Source: Fistulifera solaris
Lineage: Eukaryota
Assembly: GCA_030295235.1 (NCBI GenBank)
Contig: AP026124.1
Location: forward strand, 2,108,001 to 2,172,000
Direction: 5' to 3'
DNA length: 64,000 nt
A program made the position numbers and the translations under genes. Positions 11,211 through 23,782 of the stretch are shown here, piece after piece (within the stretch, counting starts at the first letter, position 1; every line of letters starts with the position of its first letter). The notes below the pieces were generated by a model, which worked only from the letters and a program-made list of their open reading frames with translations, did no database searches and was not told the DNA's origin.

Positions 11211-11620
11211 ATGGCTCGTACCAAGCAAACCGCCCGCAAGTCCACGGGAGGAAAGGCCCTCGTAAGCAGCTCGCCACCAAGGCAGCCCGCAAGTCCGCAC
11301 CCACCGCCGGAGGTGTCAAGAAGCCCCACCGTTACCGCCCTGGAACTGTCGCTCTTCGTGAGATCCGCAAGTACCAGAAGTCGACGGAACTCCTCATCCG
11401 CAAGGCTCCTTTCCAGCGCCTTGTTCGTGAGATTGCTCAGGATTTCAAGAACGACTTGCGTTTCCAGTCCACGGCGGTCTTGGCCCTCCAGGAAGCCTCG
11501 GAAGCTTACCTCGTTGGTCTCTTTGAGGACACGAACTTGTGCGCCATTCACGCCAAGCGTGTTACCATCATGCCCAAGGACATTCAGCTGGCCCGTCGTA
11601 TTCGCGGAGAGCGCGCTTAG
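11211..11620 (+). CDS. H3: Histone H3; one frameshift at ~11257; probable 5'UTR intron 10816-11202
   Basis: [16 protein letters not shown] + [13 protein letters not shown]...[10 protein letters not shown]; one C missing in GCC CCT. Confidence 0.97.
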
Positions 11621-11972
11621 AGCGCTTTGTCTTTGTTCGGCTGGTCTCTTTTTGACAAGAAAGAATCTCGAAGTGGGGCTTTTTTTTCCAAGATCACTGT
11701 CGAATCGTCATAACCAAGCCCTAGATTACTCGTAGCACCAGCTCTAATTGCGTGATTGAAAAACTGACCGTGACAATTCTTGTATCTCTAGTGGTTTAGT
11801 TTGTTCTCCCGTCTAGTTTGCGTAGAGCGCTTCGTCTTTGTTCGGCTGGTCTCTTTCTTACCAAGAAAGGAATCTCTCAGTCGGGCTTTTTCTCCAAGAT
11901 CACACGTCGACTCAAACTCTAGAACAGTCATAGGTAGCACCAGCTGGAGTGCGTAAACGAAAAGGTGACAAT
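11618..11972 (+). repeat. Diverged tandem duplication (period 205 bp) of the H3 stop codon and 3' flank
   Basis: TAGAGCGCTT(T/C)GTCTTTGTTCGGCTGGTCTCTTT...CCAAGATCAC...GTAGCACCAGCT...GTGACAAT at 11618 and again at 11823. Confidence 0.85.
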
Positions 11973-12098
11973 GAATTGTTCATTCGTGTACTTCGTCGCC
12001 TAGTTCTCCATCCTCTAAAACGATTATTATACAATCCTGTGCATTGCATTGTTTCGCTAGTTATTATATAGTAATAGAAATGCTGTTTCATTGAAATA

Positions 12099-13724
12099 CT
12101 ACGAAAGTTCCGCGGTATGATGGTCGTAAGGCCCATCGCTGAACCCGTTAGCTTTCGCCGAGTGCGATGACTCAAATTCGTCGTCATCGTCCAAAGCCGA
12201 CGGTACGACGCCGGATAACTCCAGATCATCTCCGTCACTCCGCAATTCCATAACGTAGGCGTATTCCTTGGCATTGGGATTTGGTCTCCAAAGAATCGCC
12301 ACACCCAAAAGGGCTCCCGTGTAGATCAATTCTTTCAGTCCTTCAATCATCCATTCGTTCTCTTCTAACAAAATCCCGCTTTCCCCGAAAGTATCGACCA
12401 CCGAGAAGATGGCCCAGATCACCGACGCCAAAATGGTGAAAAGGAAGATTTGTCGGAGTTGCAAGTAGCGCTCGAGCTTGCGCGTTTGATTCATGTTTTC
12501 CAAGTACTCCATCGTGTTATTAAGGGCATCTAACATCCACATAAAAAATACCACATCCAGAACCGCCAATACAAACGTCAACAGCGACGCGAGCTGGAAA
12601 AGGTTTTCTTCTTTGCTTTCCGAAAGCGTCTGTATATCTTCAATGGCGAACACCATGATCAAGTCCACAAAGACGGACGTTGCCGTATATGCCGTACCGA
12701 GAATGACGATGGTTCTCATGGTCGATCCCAACGAGTCCCGCACGACACCCCAGCCGAGGCCTACCATCACCGCCAGACAGCGCGAAACACCCTGCTTGAA
12801 ACTACCCGTAAAAATGGTCAAATACGCCAGCAAATTATTGGGGTAACCCTGACCGTTCCAAAGGAGAAGGTGGACTGCTTGGTAAAAGGATTCGACGAGG
12901 CCCAAACAGATCGTAGCGAGGATCCATTTTTCAATCGGAATGCGACTCTCCTTGTTCTTGATCATACTTATACCGTACCAGAGGACAAAGGCAATATAGC
13001 CGAGTGTCACATAGATATAAAACCACATAATACCAAACAGTTGGCCCGGCAAGTATCCGTGCTCGGACTTCCAAATCATGTTTCCTTTGACGGCAACGGG
13101 TCGTCCGGAAGGGTCACAGTTCGCCATGACCACAACATAATGACCCTGCTCACGTTGATCGAGCTTTCCCAATTTGATGCGTTTCGAAACATCACCCGCC
13201 GAAGGGATATTGACATAACGAGAGTCACCCGTATACTTGGACTTGTCGACAATAATACGTCCATACTGGGCCGCTTGATCTCGATCGCACAATCCCTTGT
13301 CAATGGCATCGTTCGAACAGCACCATCGGAGGGTTCCATCGTCTGCGCGACCTCCGACCCCCAAATCGGTGTAATCACACCCTTTGCGAGAACTCGCACA
13401 CTTTTCCGGTAACCGAAAGACGAGAATATCGACGGCGGTACCGTCCGTCTCGATGCCTCCATCCAATCGACGGCGCGTCGAATCATCATTCACGTACTCA
13501 TCGTCGGTCATGGAATCGTCCGTAAACGCTGAATTGGGATCTATGAAATTGTTGTGATCAGAATTGAAGGTCAGATCCGACAAATCAATGAATCCGGGGG
13601 CACGAATGTATCCTTCGTAGTAATGAATCGTCGACTCGTCGGGTTTCAACAGCACATTGAAGGGCATCACCTCCGCGTGTGCTTGAAAGAACAGTGTCGT
13701 CGCGAGAATTAAAAGTAGTCGCAT
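12099..13724 (-). CDS. TMEM87/GPR107-like (lung seven-TM, GOST family) Golgi membrane protein
   Basis: Signal peptide, luminal domain, HGYLPG, seven hydrophobic helices, VGLGWGVVR, ILWRPNPN. Confidence 0.9.
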   Translation of the reverse strand: MRLLLILATTLFFQAHAEVMPFNVLLKPDESTIHYYEGYIRAPGFIDLSDLTFNSDHNNFIDPNSAFTDDSMTDDEYVNDDSTRRRLDGGIETDGTAVDILVFRLPEKCASSRKGCDYTDLGVGGRADDGTLRWCCSNDAIDKGLCDRDQAAQYGRIIVDKSKYTGDSRYVNIPSAGDVSKRIKLGKLDQREQGHYVVVMANCDPSGRPVAVKGNMIWKSEHGYLPGQLFGIMWFYIYVTLGYIAFVLWYGISMIKNKESRIPIEKWILATICLGLVESFYQAVHLLLWNGQGYPNNLLAYLTIFTGSFKQGVSRCLAVMVGLGWGVVRDSLGSTMRTIVILGTAYTATSVFVDLIMVFAIEDIQTLSESKEENLFQLASLLTFVLAVLDVVFFMWMLDALNNTMEYLENMNQTRKLERYLQLRQIFLFTILASVIWAIFSVVDTFGESGILLEENEWMIEGLKELIYTGALLGVAILWRPNPNAKEYAYVMELRSDGDDLELSGVVPSALDDDDEFESSHSAKANGFSDGPYDHHTAELS

Positions 13725-14206
13725 GTTTTTTTTTAAAATTGAAAGGACAAAGCAACACTATTGAGGATAACAAAGTTGTTTGTTTGGCAACGACCGTTGT
13801 AAAAAAACAGATGCCCTGCAATGACCTCTTCCTCTCTATATAGGCGGGAGGCACGAGACCACACACCACACTCGAAACACGCCAAAACACAGTTTGCTGA
13901 GGACAAAAACGCGCCGGGTCACGGGGGAGTTTTTCGTCAACACTTTAATGTACAGTCACCATTTTGATGTTAAACACGGAACTTCATATTTGTATGTCTT
14001 ACTCGTAGCGGTTTGGATAAAAGGAAGGAGACAGCCGTTCAGAAACGCGGGCGGTTTTGCCCTCATTTTCCCTCCGCCGTCGTGCGACGACCCGCCGCCA
14101 TTGGGGAACACAAATGACACAACATATAGAAAAAAAAAACATTCGTTCCTTCCCTCCTTCCTTCCTCTACACAAGTCTTGTTCCACCCTTTGGCAGAAAA
14201 TAGAAC

Positions 14207-17200
14207 ATGTCACCCACCAAACGAACGCTATTCCTTGAACACTCCGTCTTGCTTCCTCTGAAGCGATTGCGGGGTGGCGGTGGCGATGAGGAGGAAGAGC
14301 CCGCGTTTGACGAACTCTTTGTCGATGATCTCATGGACGAAGGTCCGGAACCTCCGGAAGAATTTCTGGAGGAAGAAGCACCCTCGTCATTGAAAAAGAA
14401 GAACACCTCGTTCGTTGGAAACGTCCCGATTTGCCGCTGGATCTGAATAATCAGTCCGACTTGAATGTGCAGTGGATTGATATGGACGTCGTTTCCGGAA
14501 AGCGTTTGGAGGAAAATCCCAATCCCAACAACCCCGTGCGGGGTGGGAACGGCCCCGAAGTTCCCGTCTTACGATGTTACGGTGTCAATGAAGCCGGTCA
14601 TTCGGTGGCCGTCTTTGTTCATGGCTTTACGCCGTATTCCTTCTTTGCGTTGCCGGCCGGATACGAATTGACCGATCTTTCCAAAACGGAAGAAATCCGG
14701 CAGATCCTCGAAGAACGGCTCAAAGGGGATGTCCGCAGCAACCAAGCGGATAGTGCCTTGGTGCATGGGGTCGAGTACATTACAGATCACAAGAGTATCA
14801 TGGGGTACGAAACACAGCACACCAAGTTTCTCAAGGTTTTCATTTCGTTGCCCGGTCTCGTTCCCACGTTGAAACGAATCATGGAAGGAGGCATTCATTT
14901 GCCGGGAATTGAAGTCACGGATCAGGAAGCTGTGGGAATGGGTGAAGATTATGGTCGCATGACGAGGTATGCGGCATTTGAATGTAATGTGCCATTTGTC
15001 CTACGTTTTATGGTCGACTGGGAGATTACGGGGGCCGGTTGGTTGACATTGCCGGCGCAGACGTATCAGATCCGTGAAAAGTGTGATAAGTTGACGCATT
15101 GTCAGGTAAGTGAAACAAGGTCATCAATGTCGTAAGTAACATTGTTGCTCACCTGGACCGTCTCTACACTGCAGATTGAAGTCGATATTACCTACGAAGA
15201 TATCGTTCCACAAAAATCAGAGGGCGAATGGAACAAGATTGCGCCATTGCGAATCCTTTCTGTGGATATTGAATGTCAAGGACGAAAGGGACACTTTCCG
15301 GAGGCCGAGCAAGATCCTGTCATTCAAATAGCCAACTCGTTATCCGTATCCGGCCACGATAAACCAATCGTGCAGAATGTTTTCACTTTGAAAGGCTGTT
15401 TGCCTATTGTCGGAGCACAAGTGATTTCTTCGGACAAAGAAGAAGACATGTTGATGAAGTGGAGAGCATTTCTGGAGATTTGTGACCCCGACATTATCAC
15501 CGGCTACAACGTGCAAAATTTCGACATTCCGTATTTGCTCGATCGTGCCGCTACTCTTTGCAAAGGCAACAAGAATAGCGATCTGAAGAATTTCGCTCAG
15601 TGGGGTCGTATCAGGAATGTTAAAGCTAAGATGAAGGATACTACCTTTCAATCAGCCGCTTTTGGCAAGCGCAACAACGTCGAGACCACCATCGATGGCC
15701 GTGTCATCTTTGACATGTTGCCTTACATGCAGCGCAACCACAAACTCAGTTCATACTCATTGAACTCTGTGTGCGCCGAGTATTTAGGACAGCAAAAGAA
15801 GATGTACACCACAGCATCATTTCTGACCTGCAGAACGGGAGCGATGAAGATCGTCACCGATTGGCGGTTTACTGTCTCAAGGACGCTTTGTTGCCACAGC
15901 GCCTTATGGATAAATTAAGTGTTCTTGTGAACTACATTGAGATGGCACGTGTAACGGGTGTGCCCATGTCGTTCTTGATTTCGCGTGGTCAACAAATCAA
16001 AGTTTACTCCATGATTCTGCGCAAGTGCCGCAAAGTCGGTTTGTTGGTTCCCACCTTGCAAAAGTCGGGTGGACCTGGTGATGGCGATGTTGGTTATGAG
16101 GGAGCTACAGTTTTGGATCCTATCAAAAACTACTATGAAGTGCCGATTGCAACCTTGGATTTTGCTTCGCTTTATCCTTCCATCATGCAGGCGGTAAGTC
16201 ATGATATGTCTGGATGCATTTCTCTGGCCTATATTTGCTAACTGCAGGTTTCTCCTCTTTTAGTATAATTTGTGCTATTCTACTTTAGTGAATCAAACGG
16301 AAAAGAAGAAGTTGGACTCTTCGCTTTACAAAGAATCGGACAACGGGTACATATTCGTGCATTCACACGTCAAGAAAGGTGAGTTTCAAGCAGCGAGATT
16401 GAATTTCAAAAGCCGTTGCTCTTGGCACTAACCGTCGAAATACAGGTATTCTGCCGGAGATTCTAGAAGAGTTATTAAACGCTCGAAAGCAGGCAAAGAA
16501 AGATATGAAGAACGCCCCAACAGAATTTGAACGTTCTGTGCAGAATGGTCGTCAGCTTGCGTTGAAAGTATCGGCCAACTCCGTGTATGGATTCACTGGA
16601 GCAACTGTGGGTCAACTCCCTTGCGTTCCGATAGCTTCGTCTGTCACCTCCTATGGTCGACAGCTCTTGGAAAAAACAAAGGCCTATGTCGAGGAGATCT
16701 TCACTAAGGCAAATGGATACGAATACGATGCGCAAGTCATCTATGGTGATACGGATTCAGTCATGGTCAAGTTCGGAACGAAGAGTGTCAAAGACACGTT
16801 TCCTCTCGCCGAAGAAGCGGCTGAAAAGTGTTCCGCGATCTTCCCTCACCCAATCCAGTTGGAGTTCGAGAAAGTCTATTTTCCTTATCTTCTCATGTAA
16901 GTGCCCGGTTAAAAAGGCTATAGATGTTTCCTGATCACCATTCTTCTGACCGCCGCCTAACCCAGGAACAAAAGCGCTACGCTGGGCTTATGTGGACCGA
17001 GATTGAAAAATACGATAAGATGGACACCAAAGGTCTTGAAACAGTTCGTCGTGACAACTGTGCATTGGTGCGCGACGTCATTCAAACGTCGCTCGACAAG
17101 ATTTTGATTCATCAGGACGTAAACGGGGCGATTGAATATGTTAAAAAACAGATTTCTGATCTTCTTCAGAATAAGATGGATATTTCTCAGCTCGTTATTA

Positions 17201-17895
17201 CAAAGTCTCTTAATAAGGGAGCTGAGTACGCGCTTGGAATCGGAGGTAAAAAGGAAGACTACAAGGTGAAACAAGCTCACGTTGAGCTTGCTGCTCGAAT
17301 GAAGAAGCGGGACGCTGGTTCTGCACCACAGATGGGAGACCGTGTTCCTTATGTAATCATTACTGGAGCGAAGGGTGCCGCTAACTTTGAAAAGGCGGAG
17401 GATCCTATTTTCGTCCTCGAGAACAATATCCCAATTGACTTCAAGTGGTATCTCTCCAATCAGTTATCGAAACCGTTGGCACGCATTTTCGAGCCTATTA
17501 TCCCGAACGTTGAGAAAGTTCTCCTTCAAGGCGATCACACTCGAAAAATTTTCATTCCTACGTCAACCGCCAGGAAAGGAACCATGAGTGCTTTTGCTGT
17601 GAAGATGGCACAATGCCTTGGTTGTAAAGCTCTTATTCCATCTGGTCGTAAGGGCTACATTTGCGAATACTGTGCACCTCGTGAAGCAGAAATTTTTCTC
17701 GAAAAGCTGGAAGCCTACCGTGAGGCGGAGTTACGATACAATGAGTTGTGGGCTGCTGCTCAACGTATCCACGGGACAGTTCATTCGGACATCATGTGCA
17801 CCGGAGATGGATGCGCCTGTCAGTTCTACCGACGCAAGAAAGTCCAGGCTGACATTCGCCATGCGCAGGAAATACTCGATAAATTCGGTCGCTAA
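14207..17895 (+). CDS. POLD1: DNA polymerase delta catalytic subunit; introns 15106-15174, 16194-16263, 16379-16445, 16897-16965; three homopolymer frameshifts
   Basis: Exonuclease SVDIEC and [11 protein letters not shown]; polymerase [35 protein letters not shown]-terminal Cys motifs. Confidence 0.97.
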
Positions 17896-17967
17896 ATAAT
17901 CTATTCTATCTTTTGTCAAAGTTCTTTACAGAAGTGTAGCAATTTCGAAAGATGTTACGCGTAAACA

Positions 17968-18988
17968 TTATTGGTTGCTACACGAACTGCACCGACACCT
18001 TTCGCCGCATCGCTGTCCAGCTGCGAAACAGCTGCAGTATTTGAGAAGACAACTATAAATTCCAACCCAATTAGACTCGAAACTTTGATGCAAACATTTC
18101 GATGAGAGAGTTGCTGGTTACTTACCGATTGACCTTGCAAGAGCAGCTATCTATTGTCCCTTTAGGCCGCGCATCGAAGGCATCTGCTCGACGCCGTAGG
18201 CAATCCTTGATGGCAGATTCTCTTGCGGTGTTCTCCGTCGGTGTGTTAAAACAATCGGCACAGTGACAACTTGGACTGCAGAAGGACCCCGACTGAAAGC
18301 ACCTACAGTATAACCGCAAGCATCGCGAGTTCTTGCATGAACATGATTGCGACTCCGATGGAACACCCTGCACTACTTTCAATGTCGTTTCAATCTTGAC
18401 GCTTTTACAACCAACGCAATTGCAGCTGGGATGATGATTCTCTATGCCACTCCCTCTCGTGTTTTGACACCCTGCACAACTACAAAAGGAGGTACATGAC
18501 ATACCACTCGAATAGCAGGAACAATACAGCTTGAGGCACTTTGACTTGGTACAGCGACACCATACCTGGCGTGTCTTCACCGGAGTATTCGTTCCATTCC
18601 GCACAATCGAGTCGAGTTCAAGCAACGCTTGTGCAATCCATGTCGGTTCCGGCGGTTTTTCGATCGAGCTCTCAGAAATGCTTACCCCAGCGGCGATTGC
18701 TGTTTTTCCCGCACTTACAGACTCCAGCGATCGAGGTCTCTTTCTCGACGTTGGCAAGGCCGATGCACTTAATAGATAGGAGGGCGATGCCCAAGAAGGC
18801 AAGAATGATTCTGGTGTACGAGGAGAGCCCGCAACATAGGACTCTAACGGAAAGGGATCGGCTTTCTGATCTACACTCTGGAGTTGCTCCGTCAATCGAT
18901 CATTTCCCGAGAAAGTCTCATCTTCATTCTTTGTCCCTTCGTTGTCCGAATCGAATGATCCGGCTTGTTCATTAGAAGTCATCTTCAT
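17968..18988 (-). CDS. Tesmin/TSO1/LIN54-like CXC (CRC) domain protein with three CXC units; intron 18053-18125
   Basis: CRCTKSKCLKLYCSCY, CSCKNSRCLRLYCRCF and spliced CSCKVNRCLLKYCSCF. Confidence 0.9.
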
Positions 18989-19409
18989 TCATCGATGACT
19001 AGATTGTGAAAGAAGCACCCAACGAAACATTCCTCGTCGTGAGAATAATTATTGATTGGTTTGGTTTGTTGTGGTGGTGGGAGTTGAAATTCAAAAACAT
19101 TTTTGAAAAAGTGACATCAATGGTCCCATTTTACTATACTGAATGAAGTACAAATGAAGCGCACGACGACCACTACTCCCACGGCCAAAACCTCGAACTC
19201 TATCGGTGTTATGCATCGAGTCGTCAGACGACGGACGAGTTCGGATTGCGAATTGAGACCAATACGAGGCAAGACGGAGAATGAAGACTGGCAACGATGT
19301 TGTCTCATTGCTTCCTGACATGTGCAGAATAGTTCAGCTCTTCTAGCCATCGGTGAAAAAGGGAATGAACGAGGAGAAATATGACAACCGATGATCCGAT
19401 CTGGATGGG

Positions 19410-19780
19410 TTATGCGTCTTCGCGCGCAGTTAAACACACAGCTACCCCGGCCACAACAAATGCAGAACCCACGATTACTCTCAACAAATCATTCATTGGC
19501 TCTCCGATCCAGTAGCTTGTAAGAATAGAGAATACCAGAGCCAGACCGTTGCAAATAGGCACTGCGAGAGAAAGATCAGAATGACCCAGGGTGTAATAGA
19601 ACAACAAAGAACCGGATTGATTCACTGCATAAGGCAACCACACCCGCATATTCAACCATTTCGATAATACACTGCTTTGCCGGCTCGTAGCGTTCTGACT
19701 GCCTTGACGCATTAAAGGGTTTGTGCAGCCCCAAAAGACACCGACAAGCACCAAAGCAAAACTTCTCTCGGTGAAACCAT
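19410..19780 (-). CDS. TMEM234: TMEM234-like small membrane protein; frameshift near the start
   Basis: LVGVFWGCTNP, PYAVNQSGS, DLSLAVPICNGL motifs. Confidence 0.85.
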
Positions 19781-20214
19781 CCCTTTTTACGTTACAAATC
19801 GATCCGTGCTAGAACGAGATTCTTCAAATACAAAGTGGTGAGTTTCCAGATATCTGAATGATAAACTCCTCGGGAAACAAATGGACAAAGCCGTAACAAA
19901 ACTGGTCGAAATGTCATCCGTCGACAAAAATGGTGCGACGCTGTGTTTTTGGCTGCGCGTAAATACGACAATCTACGTTAAAGTTGGGGATCAATCATGA
20001 CGATACGTCAGCACAGTTTTCGGTCGAAAATTTCGGAACTGACTACATTCTGTCGTACTGTACCCCTCGATGTACGGCGTACGACCCGTTCGTTCGTAGA
20101 AAAGGATTTTGCTTTTTGTTTCCACCGCGGCTTCGCTGCTGTATCGAAAAGACGACAATCGTATTCAAAAAAAAACTGTTCATTATAATTTTTTGCAGCT
20201 TAACAATCATTACC

Positions 20215-20824
20215 ATGCTTTCTATCTTAACAACTCGAGTTGCATCACGAAACGTCGCAAGTCCGGTCGGAATGGCGGCGGCACGCTTGATCCGACGAGG
20301 ATACCACGAAAACATTGTAGAGCACTACGAAAACCCACGAAACGTTGGTTCTTTGGATAAGAATGATAAATCTGTCGGGACGGTACGTTCGATGTCCTTT
20401 CTATTCGCACATGCAGACTCTGAAAAAAGCTTTTCAATTGTATCAAAAGCATTATGCCTCACTCAAATTGTATTGTGTTGTTCTACAGGGTCTCGTGGGT
20501 GCACCCGCTTGTGGCGATGTCATGAAGCTTCAAATAAAAGTGGACGAGAACGGAATAATTACGGAGTCGAAATTCAAAACATTTGGTTGTGGTTCCGCCA
20601 TCGCCAGCAGTTCCGTAGCTACCGAATGGGTCAAAGGCAAATCGGTCGACGAAGTTTTGTCCATTAAGAATTCAGACATTGCATCCCACCTTAAATTGCC
20701 ACCGGTGAAACTTCATTGCAGTATGCTTGCGGAAGATGCTATAAAAGCGGCAGTGAAAGATTGGAAGGAAAAGTCAGCAGCTGGTGTAAAAGTGGACGTC
20801 AAGCAAGAGAAGGTTGCGGCGTAA
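20215..20824 (+). CDS. ISCU: Mitochondrial Fe-S scaffold IscU/Isu1; intron 20383-20488
   Basis: YHENIVEHYENPRNVGS, GAPACGDVM, FKTFGCGSAIASS, LPPVKLHCSML; Arg-rich presequence. Confidence 0.97.
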
Positions 20825-20998
20825 GCACTACCTCTTCTTTTATACTACATTGTGTGTACCGTACACGAATCCATTTAGATTTTTAAGTTTTTCATGAATC
20901 AGAAAATCAGGTTATTATTTGCAATGTTGGAGGTTGGATTACATGAGTAGGAGGTAGTGAAGTGTCGCGGTTTGTCTCTCAAATAGATGATTCATTCT

Positions 20999-21710
20999 TC
21001 ATATGTCCCATTCGTCGGCTTCTTTGTACGACACCATAGAATCAATCTTGTGCACTGACGTCGTAAAGCTACGAAGCTTCACTTCCGTCGAGTTAAGAAT
21101 GTAACACGGGTCTGAATCGGCCCACTTTTCGGGGGCAATCACCTCTTTGTCTGTGTACACCAAGAGATCGAAGGTACAGGGTTCCTGCAAGAGCGGCAAA
21201 AACGTTACACTGGCGGTGATTTGTCGAATGATGGCTTGAATCTCGTCATGAACTTCTTTGATGGACTTGCTACCTTTCTTACTAACGTTGGGAACAATGT
21301 TTTCACCACTCTCTCCCTCCACCGACACATTGAACTGCCATCGCTCCAATGTCTCTGTGGAATCCACTCCTTGGACGACCAATACAAGTCGTTGAACAAG
21401 TCCATTCATCAACCACTCCGCAACTTGCTTTTGTACGTTTTGCAAATAGTTAAGCAAGCCCTCGTCCGTCGTGGTCATGACGGTCAAGCCGTACTTGGAT
21501 TCCTTAGAGAAAGTCTCGGGCATGTAAATTCCTAGTGAAAGAATGAGCGAGTGAGCATTAGTCAAGAATGATATGTATCTGGAAAAGTAGATAGTGTCAA
21601 CTTACCTCTCTGATAAAGAATGGAATTGATGGCTGTAAAAAGAAATCGGAGACAATGTCCACACTTCCTTTGAGGGTGATCTCCGTCTTGTTGGCGGTCG
21701 CTGTCGGCAT
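20999..21710 (-). CDS. MAD2: Spindle checkpoint HORMA protein MAD2; intron 21532-21605; frameshift at ~21637
   Basis: ITLKGS, INSILYQRGIY, LERWQF, IIRQITASVTFLP, LRSFTT. Confidence 0.95.
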
Positions 21711-22128
21711 GTTGCTAAGTTGGCTACGCTTAATGGCGTAAAAGCTATAGATATGTAAAGGTAACAACAAAGGAGCTTTCGAAACTTTCCATCAACGTGG
21801 CGATGAACAACGAAATAATGAAAACCTTTCAAAAATAAGTTGAGAGAAGACCCGGCTTGTTGGCTCTCCGGCGCGCCTTTTCATACTTAGTTGGTAACGA
21901 GCAAGCCAATCTCTTATAATTTTCTATGAAACGTGATATAATGAAGGATATACAAACATGAATACAGAATATCATTCTCGTCGGATCGGTATAGGGCAAC
22001 AACATCACCGTCCTGTGTCTTCCACGTCATAATGTCGTCATTCGAGGAATTTGGAATGCTGGTCGGCAATCGTCTTCGAAGTTCAAAGCGAACGTTTGCG
22101 AGCAAACACCACCATTGTAACAATCACC

Positions 22129-23707
22129 ATGGCGAGCGCAGCGATGCAACGTGTGCTTTTGGCGGCCCCTCGACGGGTTTTTGCGGGGAAGAAACAGTTT
22201 TCCGCATTGGTGTCTCTCGATTATGAATACCCGGGGTAAGTGGAGAGAAACGAGGGCATTTGCGACAATGAGGAGGACAATTTTTGCGTTTTATTGCATA
22301 TTATCGTTTCGTAATGGAGGACAGACTGGTTATTAGGGTGCTTCATGGAGGTTATTAGGGTGCTTCATGGAGGATTTTGCATGGGGCAATTGATAGACAC
22401 GCCTTGCAGCAAAAACATAAGAAAGCGATAACTGCTGCGGCTTGTTGTTTGTTGGAAATAGCCCTGTCAGCAACGTATACTGAAAAAATGTCTTTTCACT
22501 TTCTTGGTTCATCAGTTTGCCAGCAGCGACGCCCCAACCGGCCAAGGTTACTTCTGTGTCGGTGAGCACTCTGCCCAATGGGCTAACGGTTGCCACAGAA
22601 GACTCGTGCGTCAACTCTACCGTCATCATGACCTACCCCAAAGCTGGTTCTGCCGGAGAAAGCTTGGACGAGCAGGGAGCTGCATTAATGAACAAGTGCA
22701 TGAATTTCAAATCGGGTTCCGGTCTCTCCTCAATCTTGATTAATCGAACCATTGAAGATGCCGGTGGTCTTCCCTTTACTACTCTCAACCGAACGGGTGC
22801 CTCTTTGGGTTTCACGGTGGCTCCGGAAATGGCGGCTGGATTGGTCCCTCTCCTCGCCACGGACTGCAGTTTTGAAAAGTGGGATGTGCGCGACGCTTTG
22901 GCCTTGGCCAACACCGAAGCGGAAGTTGCCGGAACCAGTGCGCAAATTGTTTTGACCGAGAATGTTTTTGCGGCGGCTTATGGACCGCAATCGCCAGCGG
23001 GTCGTCCCTTGTATTCGGCGCCGCCCTCACTCGATGCCATTCGATCCTTCCGCAGTCGGGCGTATGGATTGAAGGACGCGGTACTGACCGTGACGGGTGT
23101 CAAGGACCACGCCGCTTTTTGTGCGGAAGTCGAAAGCTACTTGGCCGACTCTCCGGTTGGTGCGGGAAGTTTGCCCTCGTTGGCGTACATTGGTGGAGAA
23201 AGCCGAGTTGCCACGCAGGGTTCGGGCTATGCTCATGTCGCCATTGCTTTCCCCGCTCCGGCTTCGTCGGCGGTTGCCACCGTCGTGAAACATTTCTTTA
23301 GCGCGGTTGGAGGTTCCAGTGGTGTTTCGGGCTTTACTGCGGATGGATTGGTTGGCTTGTACGCGGGAAGCGCATCGGCGGGAGAGGTTACCGATGCTAT
23401 GGTCAAGGTTGCTACCACCTCCGTTTCGGCGGATACTTTACAGCGCGCCAAAGCTTTGGCTAAAGGCGAAGCACTTTTGGCTTTGGAGAGTGGCAGTAAG
23501 GCACTGGCTTCGGCTATCTCTGCTTCTGTTTTGAGTGGACAAGGTTTCGGTGGTCCGAAAGACATTGTTTCTGCTTACGATGCTGTTTCAGAAGCTCACG
23601 TCAAGCAAGCCCTCGCTGCCATGCTGAAAAATAACCCGTCCCTTGCGGCAGTTGGTGATATTGCCTCTGTTCCTTATCACGCTACTTTGCGAGCCAACTT
23701 TGCCTAA
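22129..23707 (+). CDS. M16 family non-catalytic subunit (MPP-alpha / cytochrome bc1 core 2-like); intron 22236-22515
   Basis: Mitochondrial presequence, TLPNGLTVAT, YPKAGS, YIGGESR, HVAIAF, AAVGDI; no HXXEH motif. Confidence 0.85.
22328..22373. repeat. Perfect 22-bp tandem duplication inside an intron
   Basis: GGTTATTAGGGTGCTTCATGGA occurs twice in a row. Confidence 0.9.
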
Positions 23708-23782
23708 GTACTAAATGATTTTAAAGATATATACTTTGATGGCACTGCTGCCTTAGTAGTTCCTTCACGAGTACACTGTTTG

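Noticed and set aside
14261..14284. Ubiquitin-like RLRGG cleavage site at the POLD1 N-terminus
   Set aside because: No ubiquitin fold upstream; resembles the basic KRARGG NLS-like segment of human POLD1
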